Of a stretch of DNA of 64,000 bases, positions 26,596 through 35,331 are shown one piece after another; position 1 is the first letter of the stretch; every line of letters starts with the position of its first letter. The notes under the pieces were generated by a model. The model had not been told where the DNA came from. It made no database searches and saw only the letters and a list, made by a program, of their open reading frames with translations. A program made the translations under genes and the position numbers. The DNA is from a virus. The stretch is taken from the IMG/VR virus record IMGVR_UViG_3300027754_000005, positions 3,830-67,829 of that record. One strand, given 5' to 3'.

Positions 26596-29378
26596 TATTA
26601 GAACTTGATGATGATTTTACTGATGAAATTACAAGAGTTAATTTGGCTGAAAGTTATGTCGGCGTTTTAGGCATGATGAAAAATGGCGACGCTTGGCATG
26701 AAGATGATGTCAAAGCCTGGAAAGAATTACTTCCAGCAATTAAATTGGTTGGCAGTTGGTACAGTACAGATTTTGATGCGGATATTAAAAAGGCAAAGAA
26801 AAGAAAATGAATTCAAAAATTGATTTAGAATCAGCAATTATGTTGGCGTGGCAAACCAGTGATGATATTAATTTGTTGTACAAACATCATGGTGACCATC
26901 CAGTTCCGATGACAGAAGATGATGTGGGTAATGCTTTATGGGGCATCAAAGTTTTACATGACATGCGCATGGAAAAATTGATGGATACCTACTGTCGCAA
27001 AATGGAACTTAACGAGTATTGCACCGACCCAGAAAAACTAGCAGCAAGAGAAACCATGTTTCAAACCCCAAAAAAGAAAGGTAGTAAAAAATGACTGAAG
27101 AAATTAAAAAAGACCCATTAGACAATGAGATTATTAATTTTTCATTTACAGTAGCACAGGTAAATGGTTTGTTGCAAATCCTAGCCAATACGCCCTATGT
27201 TGTATCAGCGGGATTAATTGGTTTGATTAACATGCAAGGCGAGCCGCAGTTTAGGGCCGCAATTGACCGAGTAAATAAGGAAAAAAATGAATCTCAAACA
27301 ACTTCTTAATATGGCTGGTGTTCGTAATGACATTGCCAAAGCAGTCGAAAAAAAACAGTTAACAGCCGAACAAGAACTTAAAGTTCAAGAAGAGGCTATG
27401 GCAATGACCAAAATGATTCTTAATGATGCTCTTCGATATCGTAAAGAACATGGTAACAACACACCTCCTTCAGAGCCTAAAAAGACTATTATCATGCCTA
27501 ATGAATAATAACCAATTAGAACCGCTTACTGATGAAATGATGTGTGAAATTGCAGCAGATGCTATGTTTGATGTAATGACCTATGCCATGACAACGGGCT
27601 ATGTATCATTGCAAGATGTTCATTTAGCAATTGGTCGAGCAATTGAGCAAGCTCATGGAATTGGAATTAAGCAGTGAAAAGGTTTAACTTTCGCAAGACG
27701 TACGGCAGACGTAAACCAATCGGATCATTTAGGAGATAACATGGAACTTTATAAATTAGAACGTGGTGATAACTTCAAGATCATCGACCAAGAGACCAAG
27801 GTGCCACCAGCAGCACCACAACCAGCCGACAACGTAACGTACAAGTACACCCACGTCGACGGCATGTACGCACCATGCGAAGGCACAGACGGTGAGCGCT
27901 ACTACTTTGCGGCATGGACAGAGGTAGAGAAGGTATGAACGCAAATGAACTAGCTGAAATAATCCAGCACCTTGAAAACGCAAAGTATGTTGGTGCAAGT
28001 AAAGCCGCCACAATGCTACGCCAGCAACAAGCTGAAATAGAGTATTGGAAAGAGAAGTTTAACAAAGCTATGGAGTTAAATAAATGAACAATGAACCAGT
28101 AGCGTGGATGCTTGCCGACAAAGAAAAAGAACATATACGTAGCATTATGGCGGTGCAACATGATTTTGTTCCTGAAGGATGCGTTGAAATTCCACTCTAC
28201 ACCCATCCAGCAAAAGAATTAGGTTACAACGACATTATGGGAACATGGTGGGAAACAATGCCCAATGCAAAAAGTTGTGAAGGTGTATTTGAATTTGCTA
28301 GAGCAATACTAAGAAAGGCACAAGAGAAATGAACGGAATAACATTTAACAAGCAACCTAAAACCATTGGATATTGGCGATTATCTTATGGAGGTAGTAGT
28401 TATACACAATTTGCTATGTTTGGCAAACCAACAGACGAGCAAATTAAAAACACCGAAGAATTGCTTGGCTGGAAATGGGTTGATGAAAAGGCACAAGAGA
28501 AATGAACGCAAATGAACTAGCTGATTACATTACACAAAATTCCTATATTGGAACTGTAACTATGGAAGATGTAGCCACCACGCTTCGCCAACAACAAGCT
28601 GAAATTGAGGCGTTGAATCAGCGCATTGAGTACATGAGAGAAAAAGCAAGTCTTTGGGAGGCAGAGGCACACGCCGGTGGCTTTGAGGCTGGCAGGCAAC
28701 AGGGCATGAAGCAAGAGCGGGCATTGTGGGAACTAGCGGCATCAACACAGGAGGCCTACATTTTAGAACTAGAAAACGGTTTGGAGTCTTCAATTAATTT
28801 AAACAAAGCACAAGCGGAGCGTAACAAATGACCACATTCACCACAGAAGACAGGTTACATGCGGGAGAGTACCCATTAACCGATGAGCAGATTAAAGAAC
28901 TGATGCCACTTAAACCATACGAAGAATATACAGAAATGGAAGCGCCGGATTTAATTGCGTTCGCCCGCGCCATCGAACGCGCCCATGGAATAGGAGAATA
29001 AGATGAGCATAACATTTACAGGTGGCCACGATACCATAGAAAAAGCTCAAGCAGAATTAAATAAACGAAAATATAAGGACAAATATACAATAGCCACTGT
29101 GTATTGCATGGAAAAAGAAAACGGAACTTTACATTTTGTAATACCAATTAAAGCCGTTGATTTGTTAATGGAATTTGACGAAAGAAACGAAAATGACTGA
29201 AATTGCAATATCATTCTTTATTGGCTTTATGGTCGGTCTTGTTATGCGCCCAAAAGACCCCGAGTTGAAACAGCAAATTGAGATATCCAACCGTAACTAT
29301 CAGAAATATGAAGAAGAACTGAAATATTATAAAGATTTATGTAAATGGCATGCTGATCAAAAAAGGGCGGATTCTTAA
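26583..29378 (+). other. Second array of small coupled hypothetical genes (26583-26810, 26807-27094, 27091-27309, 27287-27508, 27501-27677, 27741-27938, 27935-28087, 28084-28332, 28329-28505, 28502-28831, 28828-29001, 29003-29200, 29175-29378)
   Basis: Contiguous ATGA overlaps and SDs; several share terminal peptide modules. Confidence 0.7.
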
Positions 29379-29396
29379 AGTTTTTTGCATAAGTAG
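29365..29396 (+). promoter_or_regulatory. Phage promoter motif GGGC-N18-GCATAAGTAG
   Basis: One of nine oriented copies. Confidence 0.75.
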
Positions 29397-29400
29397 ATAT

Positions 29401-29471
29401 AGGACACGCTGTGAAGCGCTCCTGCCCTCACTTTGGCTGTAAATAAAGCCACAGGTTCCCAGCTCACCTGC
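29401..29471 (+). ncRNA. Putative structured leader or small RNA
   Basis: Three consecutive hairpins directly after the promoter motif, one capped by a GUGA (GNRA) tetraloop. Confidence 0.4.
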
Positions 29472-29527
29472 ATAGAAAACTGGGATTTTTATACACATCA
29501 TACACAACATACATAGAAAGTAACAAA

Positions 29528-29785
29528 ATGAATCCATTTGAACTACGCTTTTCCATTTTTAATACCGCTAAAGATTTAATGATCAAGCAACACGAAGCTA
29601 ATTTAGCTGCTTGGGAAGTCATTAATAAGACTACCAAAGAAGCTGAAGAATTGGCTCCACAGTTTCCAACCATGGAAGAGATCATTGACAAGGCTATTGA
29701 AATTAATACCTTTATTAGCGGCAGCACAACAAGAGAACTAACTAGCCTAGCCAAGAAAATGACTGGCGTTGGCATAGTATTTTAA
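29528..29785 (+). CDS. Hypothetical protein
   Basis: 85 aa; MNPFELR...FPTMEEIIDKA.EINTFIS. Confidence 0.7.
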   Translation: MNPFELRFSIFNTAKDLMIKQHEANLAAWEVINKTTKEAEELAPQFPTMEEIIDKAIEINTFISGSTTRELTSLAKKMTGVGIVF

Positions 29786-29916
29786 GTTTTGAGATTAGGC
29801 AAGGTGTGACCGGAGGCATCGGCACTTAATATCACCAGACCCGTAGGTAACCAACTCCAAGATTGGGATTTCCTGCCTAGTATCAATTCTTTACAATAAA
29901 AGGTAAAAACTTTACA

Positions 29917-30066
29917 ATGGCAACTAAACCTGGATTGTACGCAAATATCCACGCTAAACAGGAACGTATCAAGGCAGGCTCTGGCGAAAAGATGCGCAAG
30001 CCAGGTGCCAAGGGCGCACCCACAGCTAAACAATTTAAGGAGTCTGCAAAGACTGCAAAAAAATGA
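29917..30066 (+). CDS. Small Lys-rich protein (49 aa)
   Basis: MATKPGLYANIHAKQERIKAGSGEKMRKPGAKGAPT; below ORF-track cutoff. Confidence 0.7.
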   Translation: MATKPGLYANIHAKQERIKAGSGEKMRKPGAKGAPTAKQFKESAKTAKK

Positions 30067-30144
30067 ACGAACTAGACCCACCATTAGAAAACCTACAAGC
30101 CCCAGCCAATGAGGCACCTCCAGCAGAACCAACTCCAGTAGAAA

Positions 30145-30411
30145 ATGGCAACTAAAAAGAAAGCTCCTTCCCTTGCAATTGGTCGTGGCGAAAAACTACC
30201 AGCATCTCAAGGTGCTGGACTGACAGCCAAAGGCCGTGCTAAATATAATGCGGCTACTGGATCGCATTTAAAAGCTCCTCAACCAGAAGGTGGCGCTCGT
30301 AAAGATTCATTCTGTGCTCGCATGTCTGGCGTTAAAGGCCCGATGAAAGACGAGAATGGCAAACCAACACGCAAAGCAGCAGCACTAAAAAGGTGGAAAT
30401 GTGGCAGTTAG
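30145..30411 (+). CDS. Small basic conserved-looking phage protein
   Basis: GLTAKGRAKYN...RKDSFCARM...ALKRWKC. Confidence 0.75.
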   Translation: MATKKKAPSLAIGRGEKLPASQGAGLTAKGRAKYNAATGSHLKAPQPEGGARKDSFCARMSGVKGPMKDENGKPTRKAAALKRWKCGS

Positions 30412-30790
30412 AAAATATACTTTTACCCAAGACATGTGCGATCGTATGATCGAACTGGGTACTCAAGGCGCATCTCAAAAAATGATTTGGGCTGATCTTG
30501 GTATTACTAAAGATGTGGCAGCCAATTGGCGTAAAAAATACCCAGAGTTTGCAGATGCTTTGGATATGGCTTTAGTACACTCACAAGCATATTGGGAGCG
30601 GGAGATGCTTGCCAATGTGGGCAATAAAGCATTTAACAGTCGCATTGCAGAAATTGCCCTTCGTGGCCAGTTTCCACAAGACTACAAAGATGTGCGTGAA
30701 ATCAAAGCGGACATTAAACAAGAAGTTAAAATTGACTTTGCTGGCGAGGTAAATGACCTAATCAAGCAGTTACGAGCAAACGCTACTTAA
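30401..30790 (+). CDS. terS: Putative terminase small subunit
   Basis: N-terminal HTH ...LGITKDVAANWRKKYPEFADAL...QAYWE typical of podophage TerS/gp3-like proteins. Confidence 0.65.
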   Translation: MAVRKYTFTQDMCDRMIELGTQGASQKMIWADLGITKDVAANWRKKYPEFADALDMALVHSQAYWEREMLANVGNKAFNSRIAEIALRGQFPQDYKDVREIKADIKQEVKIDFAGEVNDLIKQLRANAT

Positions 30791-30814
30791 ACTTTAAAAC
30801 TTTTTCACATTATG

Positions 30815-30847
30815 AAATGGGCTAGGTATAAAAACCTAGCCCATTTT
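30815..30847. terminator. Bidirectional terminator-like hairpin overlapping the next promoter motif
   Basis: AAATGGGCTAGGT-ATAAAA-ACCTAGCCCATTT. Confidence 0.7.
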
Positions 30848-30857
30848 GCATAAGTAG
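30845..30857 (+). promoter_or_regulatory. Phage promoter core before Cas4-like gene
   Basis: TTTGCATAAGTAG without GGGC at 18-nt spacing. Confidence 0.65.
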
Positions 30858-30898
30858 ATGTACAATTAAAGAAATTCAGACAAACAAGGAAAACAGTT

Positions 30899-32026
30899 AT
30901 GACAGCACACGCTATACTTTCGGCTTCGGGTTCCAAACGGTGGCTTTCTTGCACACCATCTGCCCGATTAGAAGCCACACTTCCAGAACAAAAGAAAGCC
31001 ACTGGATCATTTGATCATTCTGCTGAAGGCACTTTGGCGCATTCATTGGCTGAAATTAAATTGCGTCTTCAATTCAATCAAATAGGACATGAAGAATATG
31101 ACCGTGAAATCCAAATTATCCAAGCCAGCCCGTATTACAACGAAGAGTTTGAAAACTACGTCGATAATTATGTCGTATACACCCGAAGTCAAATCGGAGA
31201 AGGCGATAAGCCTTTATTTGAACAACGTGTGGACTTCTCTGATTGGGTTCCTGACGGCTTTGGCACAGCCGATGTGGTTATTCTTTCTAAGCACGCCATT
31301 CGGGTCATCGACCTCAAGTTTGGAAAAGGAATCCCTGTTTCCGCTGTTGACAATACCCAACTCCGACTCTACGCCCTCGGTGCGTGGAGCAAGTTCAAAG
31401 ACGAGTTCCCAGAAATTAAAGAAGTCAGTTATACGATACATCAGCCCCGACTTGACAGTATCAGTACCGATGGTACCAGCGTCAGTAAACTGGTCGACTG
31501 GGCCAACTACTTCGTCAAACCCAAAGCCAAGAAAGCGTGGGGCGGTACAGGCGAGTTCCTCCCAGGTGACTGGTGCCAGTTCTGCCGCGCCAAAGCCACG
31601 TGCAAAGCGCGTTCGGACTTTACCAACGAAATAGCATCGCTGGATTTCAGACCAGCACCACTCTTAACTGAAGAAGAGTTTGAACTGGTATTATCTCGTG
31701 CATCACAATTAAAGTCTTATGTAAACGACATTGAGGCTTATGCAACACAAAGGGCAATTGATGAAGACATCATCCCAGTGGGTTTTAAATTAGTAGTGCC
31801 AAAGGGTCATCGCAAGTTTTCTGATTTTGCTTTAGCTGAAGTAATTCTTTTAGAAAAACTAAATATTCAAAAAGAAGATTTGTACGAAACCAAACCCAAG
31901 TCTGTACCCCAGATTATTAAGCTTGGTAAAAAGGGACAAATTGAAAGTGCGTTAGGGGACTTAATTGTTAGACCCGATTCTGCACCAAAGTTGGTTCCAG
32001 ACAACACTGTGGAAGATTTTGCATGA
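30899..32026 (+). CDS. Cas4-like PD-(D/E)XK exonuclease (DUF2800 type)
   Basis: HAILSAS..RW..C..S, EGTLAH, FGTAD, VIDLKFGKG, QLRLYALG, WCQFCRAKATC. Confidence 0.9.
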   Translation: MTAHAILSASGSKRWLSCTPSARLEATLPEQKKATGSFDHSAEGTLAHSLAEIKLRLQFNQIGHEEYDREIQIIQASPYYNEEFENYVDNYVVYTRSQIGEGDKPLFEQRVDFSDWVPDGFGTADVVILSKHAIRVIDLKFGKGIPVSAVDNTQLRLYALGAWSKFKDEFPEIKEVSYTIHQPRLDSISTDGTSVSKLVDWANYFVKPKAKKAWGGTGEFLPGDWCQFCRAKATCKARSDFTNEIASLDFRPAPLLTEEEFELVLSRASQLKSYVNDIEAYATQRAIDEDIIPVGFKLVVPKGHRKFSDFALAEVILLEKLNIQKEDLYETKPKSVPQIIKLGKKGQIESALGDLIVRPDSAPKLVPDNTVEDFA

Positions 32027-32166
32027 GTACACCTTTAATTATCATTTCAACTCTGATATACTTAGGCGTAGCAATAGATCAGTACATGAAGGGTGCAGTT
32101 GGACCCGCAGTAATGTTTTTAGGGTACACCATCGGAAATTGTGGTATACTCTTGACAGTACGGTAG
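32023..32166 (+). CDS. Small two-TM membrane protein (47 aa)
   Basis: MSTPLIIISTLIYLGVAIDQY...VMFLGYTIGNCGILLTVR; ATGA overlap. Confidence 0.6.
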   Translation: MSTPLIIISTLIYLGVAIDQYMKGAVGPAVMFLGYTIGNCGILLTVR

Positions 32167-32216
32167 AGATTGACACCGATAAAGTTCAATCAATTTAATG
32201 TAAATAAGGAAGCAAG

Positions 32217-32732
32217 ATGGCTACTAAAAATCCTCGTGTTGTAACTGGCAAAGTTCGTTTCTCATATGCCAATGTATTCTCACCAATGGACAAGGGTGAT
32301 GGCAAGACACCTAAGTATTCTGTGTCTATCATTATCCCAAAATCTGACAAAGAAACAATTGCAAAAATCAATAAAGCTTTTGAAGAAGCTAAAGCAAATT
32401 CCGCTGGTTACTTTAAAGGCACTATTCCCAAGTTACTTAAAGGTGGCTTGCGTGATGGTGATTTAGAAAAAGAAGATGCAGCATACGCTGGTTCTTTTTT
32501 TATCAATGCAAACTCTGTTAAAAAACCAGGTATCGTTGATGCCGACATGAATGCCATTATTGACTTAGAAGAGTTCTATTCTGGTTGTTATGGTCGTGCC
32601 GCTATTGAGTTCTACCCATACGAAGTGGAAGGATCAAAAGGTATTGCATGCGGTCTTGGTAATGTGCAAAAGCTTGAAGATGGCGAGCGTCTTGGCGGTG
32701 GCGGTGTATCAGCCGCTGTAGATTTCGCTTAA
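32217..32732 (+). CDS. Single-stranded DNA-binding protein (DUF2815, T7 gp2.5-like)
   Basis: VRFSYANVF, KYSVSIIIPK, LRDGD, YSGCYGRA, GLGNVQK..DGERL. Confidence 0.9.
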   Translation: MATKNPRVVTGKVRFSYANVFSPMDKGDGKTPKYSVSIIIPKSDKETIAKINKAFEEAKANSAGYFKGTIPKLLKGGLRDGDLEKEDAAYAGSFFINANSVKKPGIVDADMNAIIDLEEFYSGCYGRAAIEFYPYEVEGSKGIACGLGNVQKLEDGERLGGGGVSAAVDFA

Positions 32733-32765
32733 CAGTTTTACCGTAGTCCTCCTCCTGTAGTGCCT

Positions 32766-32795
32766 TGCCCCACCGAAGTCTGGTGGGGCATTTTT
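32766..32795 (+). terminator. Rho-independent terminator
   Basis: TGCCCCACC...GGTGGGGCA followed by TTTTT. Confidence 0.85.
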
Positions 32796-32822
32796 CCCTC
32801 CAACCTATAACTAAAAAGAACC

Positions 32823-33248
32823 ATGGAACAATATTACGTGTATCAACACATAGACCCAGAAACTGGTGAGATTTTATACATCGGAATGGGTAGTTATGAA
32901 AGAGCTTGGCTATGCCGAGGTTCTAATAGAAAAAAAAATCACCAAGAGCGATTAAATGAGTTGTTTTCTTTAGGTTATACTATGCAAGATGTTGTAAGCA
33001 TACTGGCAAGTTATTTAAGCAAAGAAGCAGCATTAAGTTTAGAATTAACTAAAATTGAAAAGTTTAAACCAAAATTTAACAATCACAGTAACCCCAATTG
33101 GAAATATCCATCAAAATTTGCGGATGAAGTCATAACAATGGTAAAAGCATTAAAAGAAATGGGATATGGCCCACAGAACACCGCCTTTTTAATGGGTGGT
33201 GATAAGAATAAAAACGCAATGACAATGTGGAGAATGGTAAATGAGTAA
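32823..33248 (+). CDS. GIY-YIG-type free-standing endonuclease
   Basis: YYVYQH...ILYIGMG...RA...EA..LE...I....PKFN. Confidence 0.75.
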   Translation: MEQYYVYQHIDPETGEILYIGMGSYERAWLCRGSNRKKNHQERLNELFSLGYTMQDVVSILASYLSKEAALSLELTKIEKFKPKFNNHSNPNWKYPSKFADEVITMVKALKEMGYGPQNTAFLMGGDKNKNAMTMWRMVNE

Positions 33249-35139
33249 TAAAAAATATAACGAAATGGACAGCTACCAAGAATATATTGGAATGAGCAGA
33301 TACGCCCGATTTGTAGATGACAAGGGTCGTCGTGAAAATTGGGGCGAAACAGTAACTCGTTTTGTAGAATATATTTTTACTAGAACACCAGCTATTACAG
33401 AAAACATTAAATTAAAAGAAGAGATTTACAAATCGATTTATAACCTAGAATTAATGCCGTCCATGCGTGCCATGATGACGGCAGGAAAGAGTGCCGATCG
33501 TGACAATACTTGCGTATATAATTGCTCGTATCTCCCAGTGGATGATCCCAAGTCCTTTGACGAAGCTATGTTTATTTTGCTCTGTGGAACTGGGGTTGGA
33601 TTTTCCGTTGAGCAAAAATACATTGCACAACTGCCCGAGGTGCCAGAGAAACTATTTGAATCAGACCATACAATCGCAGTTCACGATTCCAAAGAAGGCT
33701 GGGCAAAGTCATTACGTCTACTCCTTGCAAACCTTTGGGCTGGAGAAATCCCAAAGTGGGATGTCAGCAATGTTAGACCTGCCGGAGCACGACTCAAAAC
33801 ATTTGGTGGAAGAGCTTCAGGGCCGCAACCATTAGTAGATTTATTTGAATTTACTGTAGCTACATTTAAACATGCTAAAGGTCGCCGTTTGCATTCATTG
33901 GAATGCCACGACCTAATGTGTAAAATTGGAGAAGTTGTAGTAGTGGGCGGTGTGCGTCGCTCAGCTATGATTTCACTTTCCGACCTAGATGATGAAAGGA
34001 TTCGTCATGCAAAAGCTGGCCCTTGGTGGGACACTGCGCCTCACCGTGCACTCGCCAATAATAGCGCAGTTTATAATGAAACGCCTACCGTTGGAAAGTT
34101 TATGGAGGAGTGGGTTTCTCTTTACAATTCACATTCCGGTGAACGAGGCATTTTTAATCGGGAGGCTGCTAAAAAGACGGTTGAAAAATACGGGCATCGA
34201 GATCCAAATTTTGAGTTCGGTACAAATCCGTGCTCAGAGATCATTTTGCGACCATACCAATTTTGCAATCTTAGTGAATGTGTAGTACGCCATGATGACA
34301 CCAAAGAAACCTTACTGCGCAAAGTGCGGTTGGCCTCCGTCCTTGGTACAATCCAAAGTACCTTCACAAAGTTCCCTTACTTGCGAAAAGTGTGGCAACG
34401 CAATACCGAAGAAGAGCGACTCCTTGGAGTCTCACTCACGGGGATCTATGACAACCCTTTACTCACCACACAAGGAGAAGAGTTAAATGCCTTACTTACC
34501 GAACTTAGAGAGACAGCTAGAACAGCCAATGAGGAATTTGCAAGCTTGCTTGGAATACCTAAGAGTGCTGCAATTACTTGCGTTAAGCCCAGCGGAACCG
34601 TCAGCCAACTCGTTGATAGCGCTTCTGGAATCCACCCTAGACACGCTAAGTACTACATCCGCAGAGTTAGAGGAGATAAGAAAGACCCTCTCTCCCAATT
34701 CTTAATTAACCAAGGAGTACCCAATGAAGCTTGCGTTTATAAACCAGATCAGACGGTGGTGTTTAGCTTTCCTCAAAAAGCACCCGCCGGCATCGTCCGA
34801 GCAGATGTCACTCCTTTATCACATTTGGAACTCTGGCTCACGTATCAGCGACATTGGTGTGAGCATAAGCCTAGTGTCACCATCTCCGTTGAAGAAAAAG
34901 ACTGGCCAGAAGTCGGTGCGTGGACGTGGAAAAACTTTGACGAAATCTCCGGTGTTTCCTATCTTCCCTATGACGGAGGAACGTATCGCCAAGCGCCATA
35001 CGAAGAATGCACCGAAGAAGAGTACGAAACCCTCAAAGCCAGCATTCCTAAAATCAACTGGGAAGATCTCAAAGAAAATACAGACAACGTAGAGGGCGCT
35101 CAGATGCTTGCTTGCTCGGCTGGTGTTTGTGAGATTTAA
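33241..35139 (+). CDS. nrdJ: Class II (adenosylcobalamin-dependent) ribonucleotide reductase
   Basis: PSMRA, YNCS, GTGVGF, GGVRRSA, TNPCSEI..QFCNL, TCVKPSGT, C-terminal CSAGVCEI; no small subunit nearby. Confidence 0.93.
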   Translation: MSNKKYNEMDSYQEYIGMSRYARFVDDKGRRENWGETVTRFVEYIFTRTPAITENIKLKEEIYKSIYNLELMPSMRAMMTAGKSADRDNTCVYNCSYLPVDDPKSFDEAMFILLCGTGVGFSVEQKYIAQLPEVPEKLFESDHTIAVHDSKEGWAKSLRLLLANLWAGEIPKWDVSNVRPAGARLKTFGGRASGPQPLVDLFEFTVATFKHAKGRRLHSLECHDLMCKIGEVVVVGGVRRSAMISLSDLDDERIRHAKAGPWWDTAPHRALANNSAVYNETPTVGKFMEEWVSLYNSHSGERGIFNREAAKKTVEKYGHRDPNFEFGTNPCSEIILRPYQFCNLSECVVRHDDTKETLLRKVRLASVLGTIQSTFTKFPYLRKVWQRNTEEERLLGVSLTGIYDNPLLTTQGEELNALLTELRETARTANEEFASLLGIPKSAAITCVKPSGTVSQLVDSASGIHPRHAKYYIRRVRGDKKDPLSQFLINQGVPNEACVYKPDQTVVFSFPQKAPAGIVRADVTPLSHLELWLTYQRHWCEHKPSVTISVEEKDWPEVGAWTWKNFDEISGVSYLPYDGGTYRQAPYEECTEEEYETLKASIPKINWEDLKENTDNVEGAQMLACSAGVCEI

Positions 35140-35259
35140 GTTAACCCGACAGGGAAAGTATCAAGAACGTGGTGATTTTTCGGGTTTCTATCCACGGTAT
35201 CAACGAATTGGCAGGCGTAGCTTGTGCCTTTCCTAACTATTTCACATGGTGGTGAGTTT

Positions 35260-35283
35260 GGGCTCCTTCGGGAGCCCTTTTTT
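35260..35283 (+). terminator. Rho-independent terminator with UUCG tetraloop
   Basis: GGGCTCC-TTCG-GGAGCCC followed by TTTTTT. Confidence 0.92.
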
Positions 35284-35331
35284 ATGTTACAATTTTTATT
35301 CCGCCAATTCGTTGGTTTGCCATAGGAGCAT

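Noticed and set aside
35140-35260. Cobalamin riboswitch or tRNA next to the B12-dependent RNR
   Set aside because: It lies downstream of nrdJ, only an AGGGAA fragment matches, and no B12 box or cloverleaf with T-loop is visible
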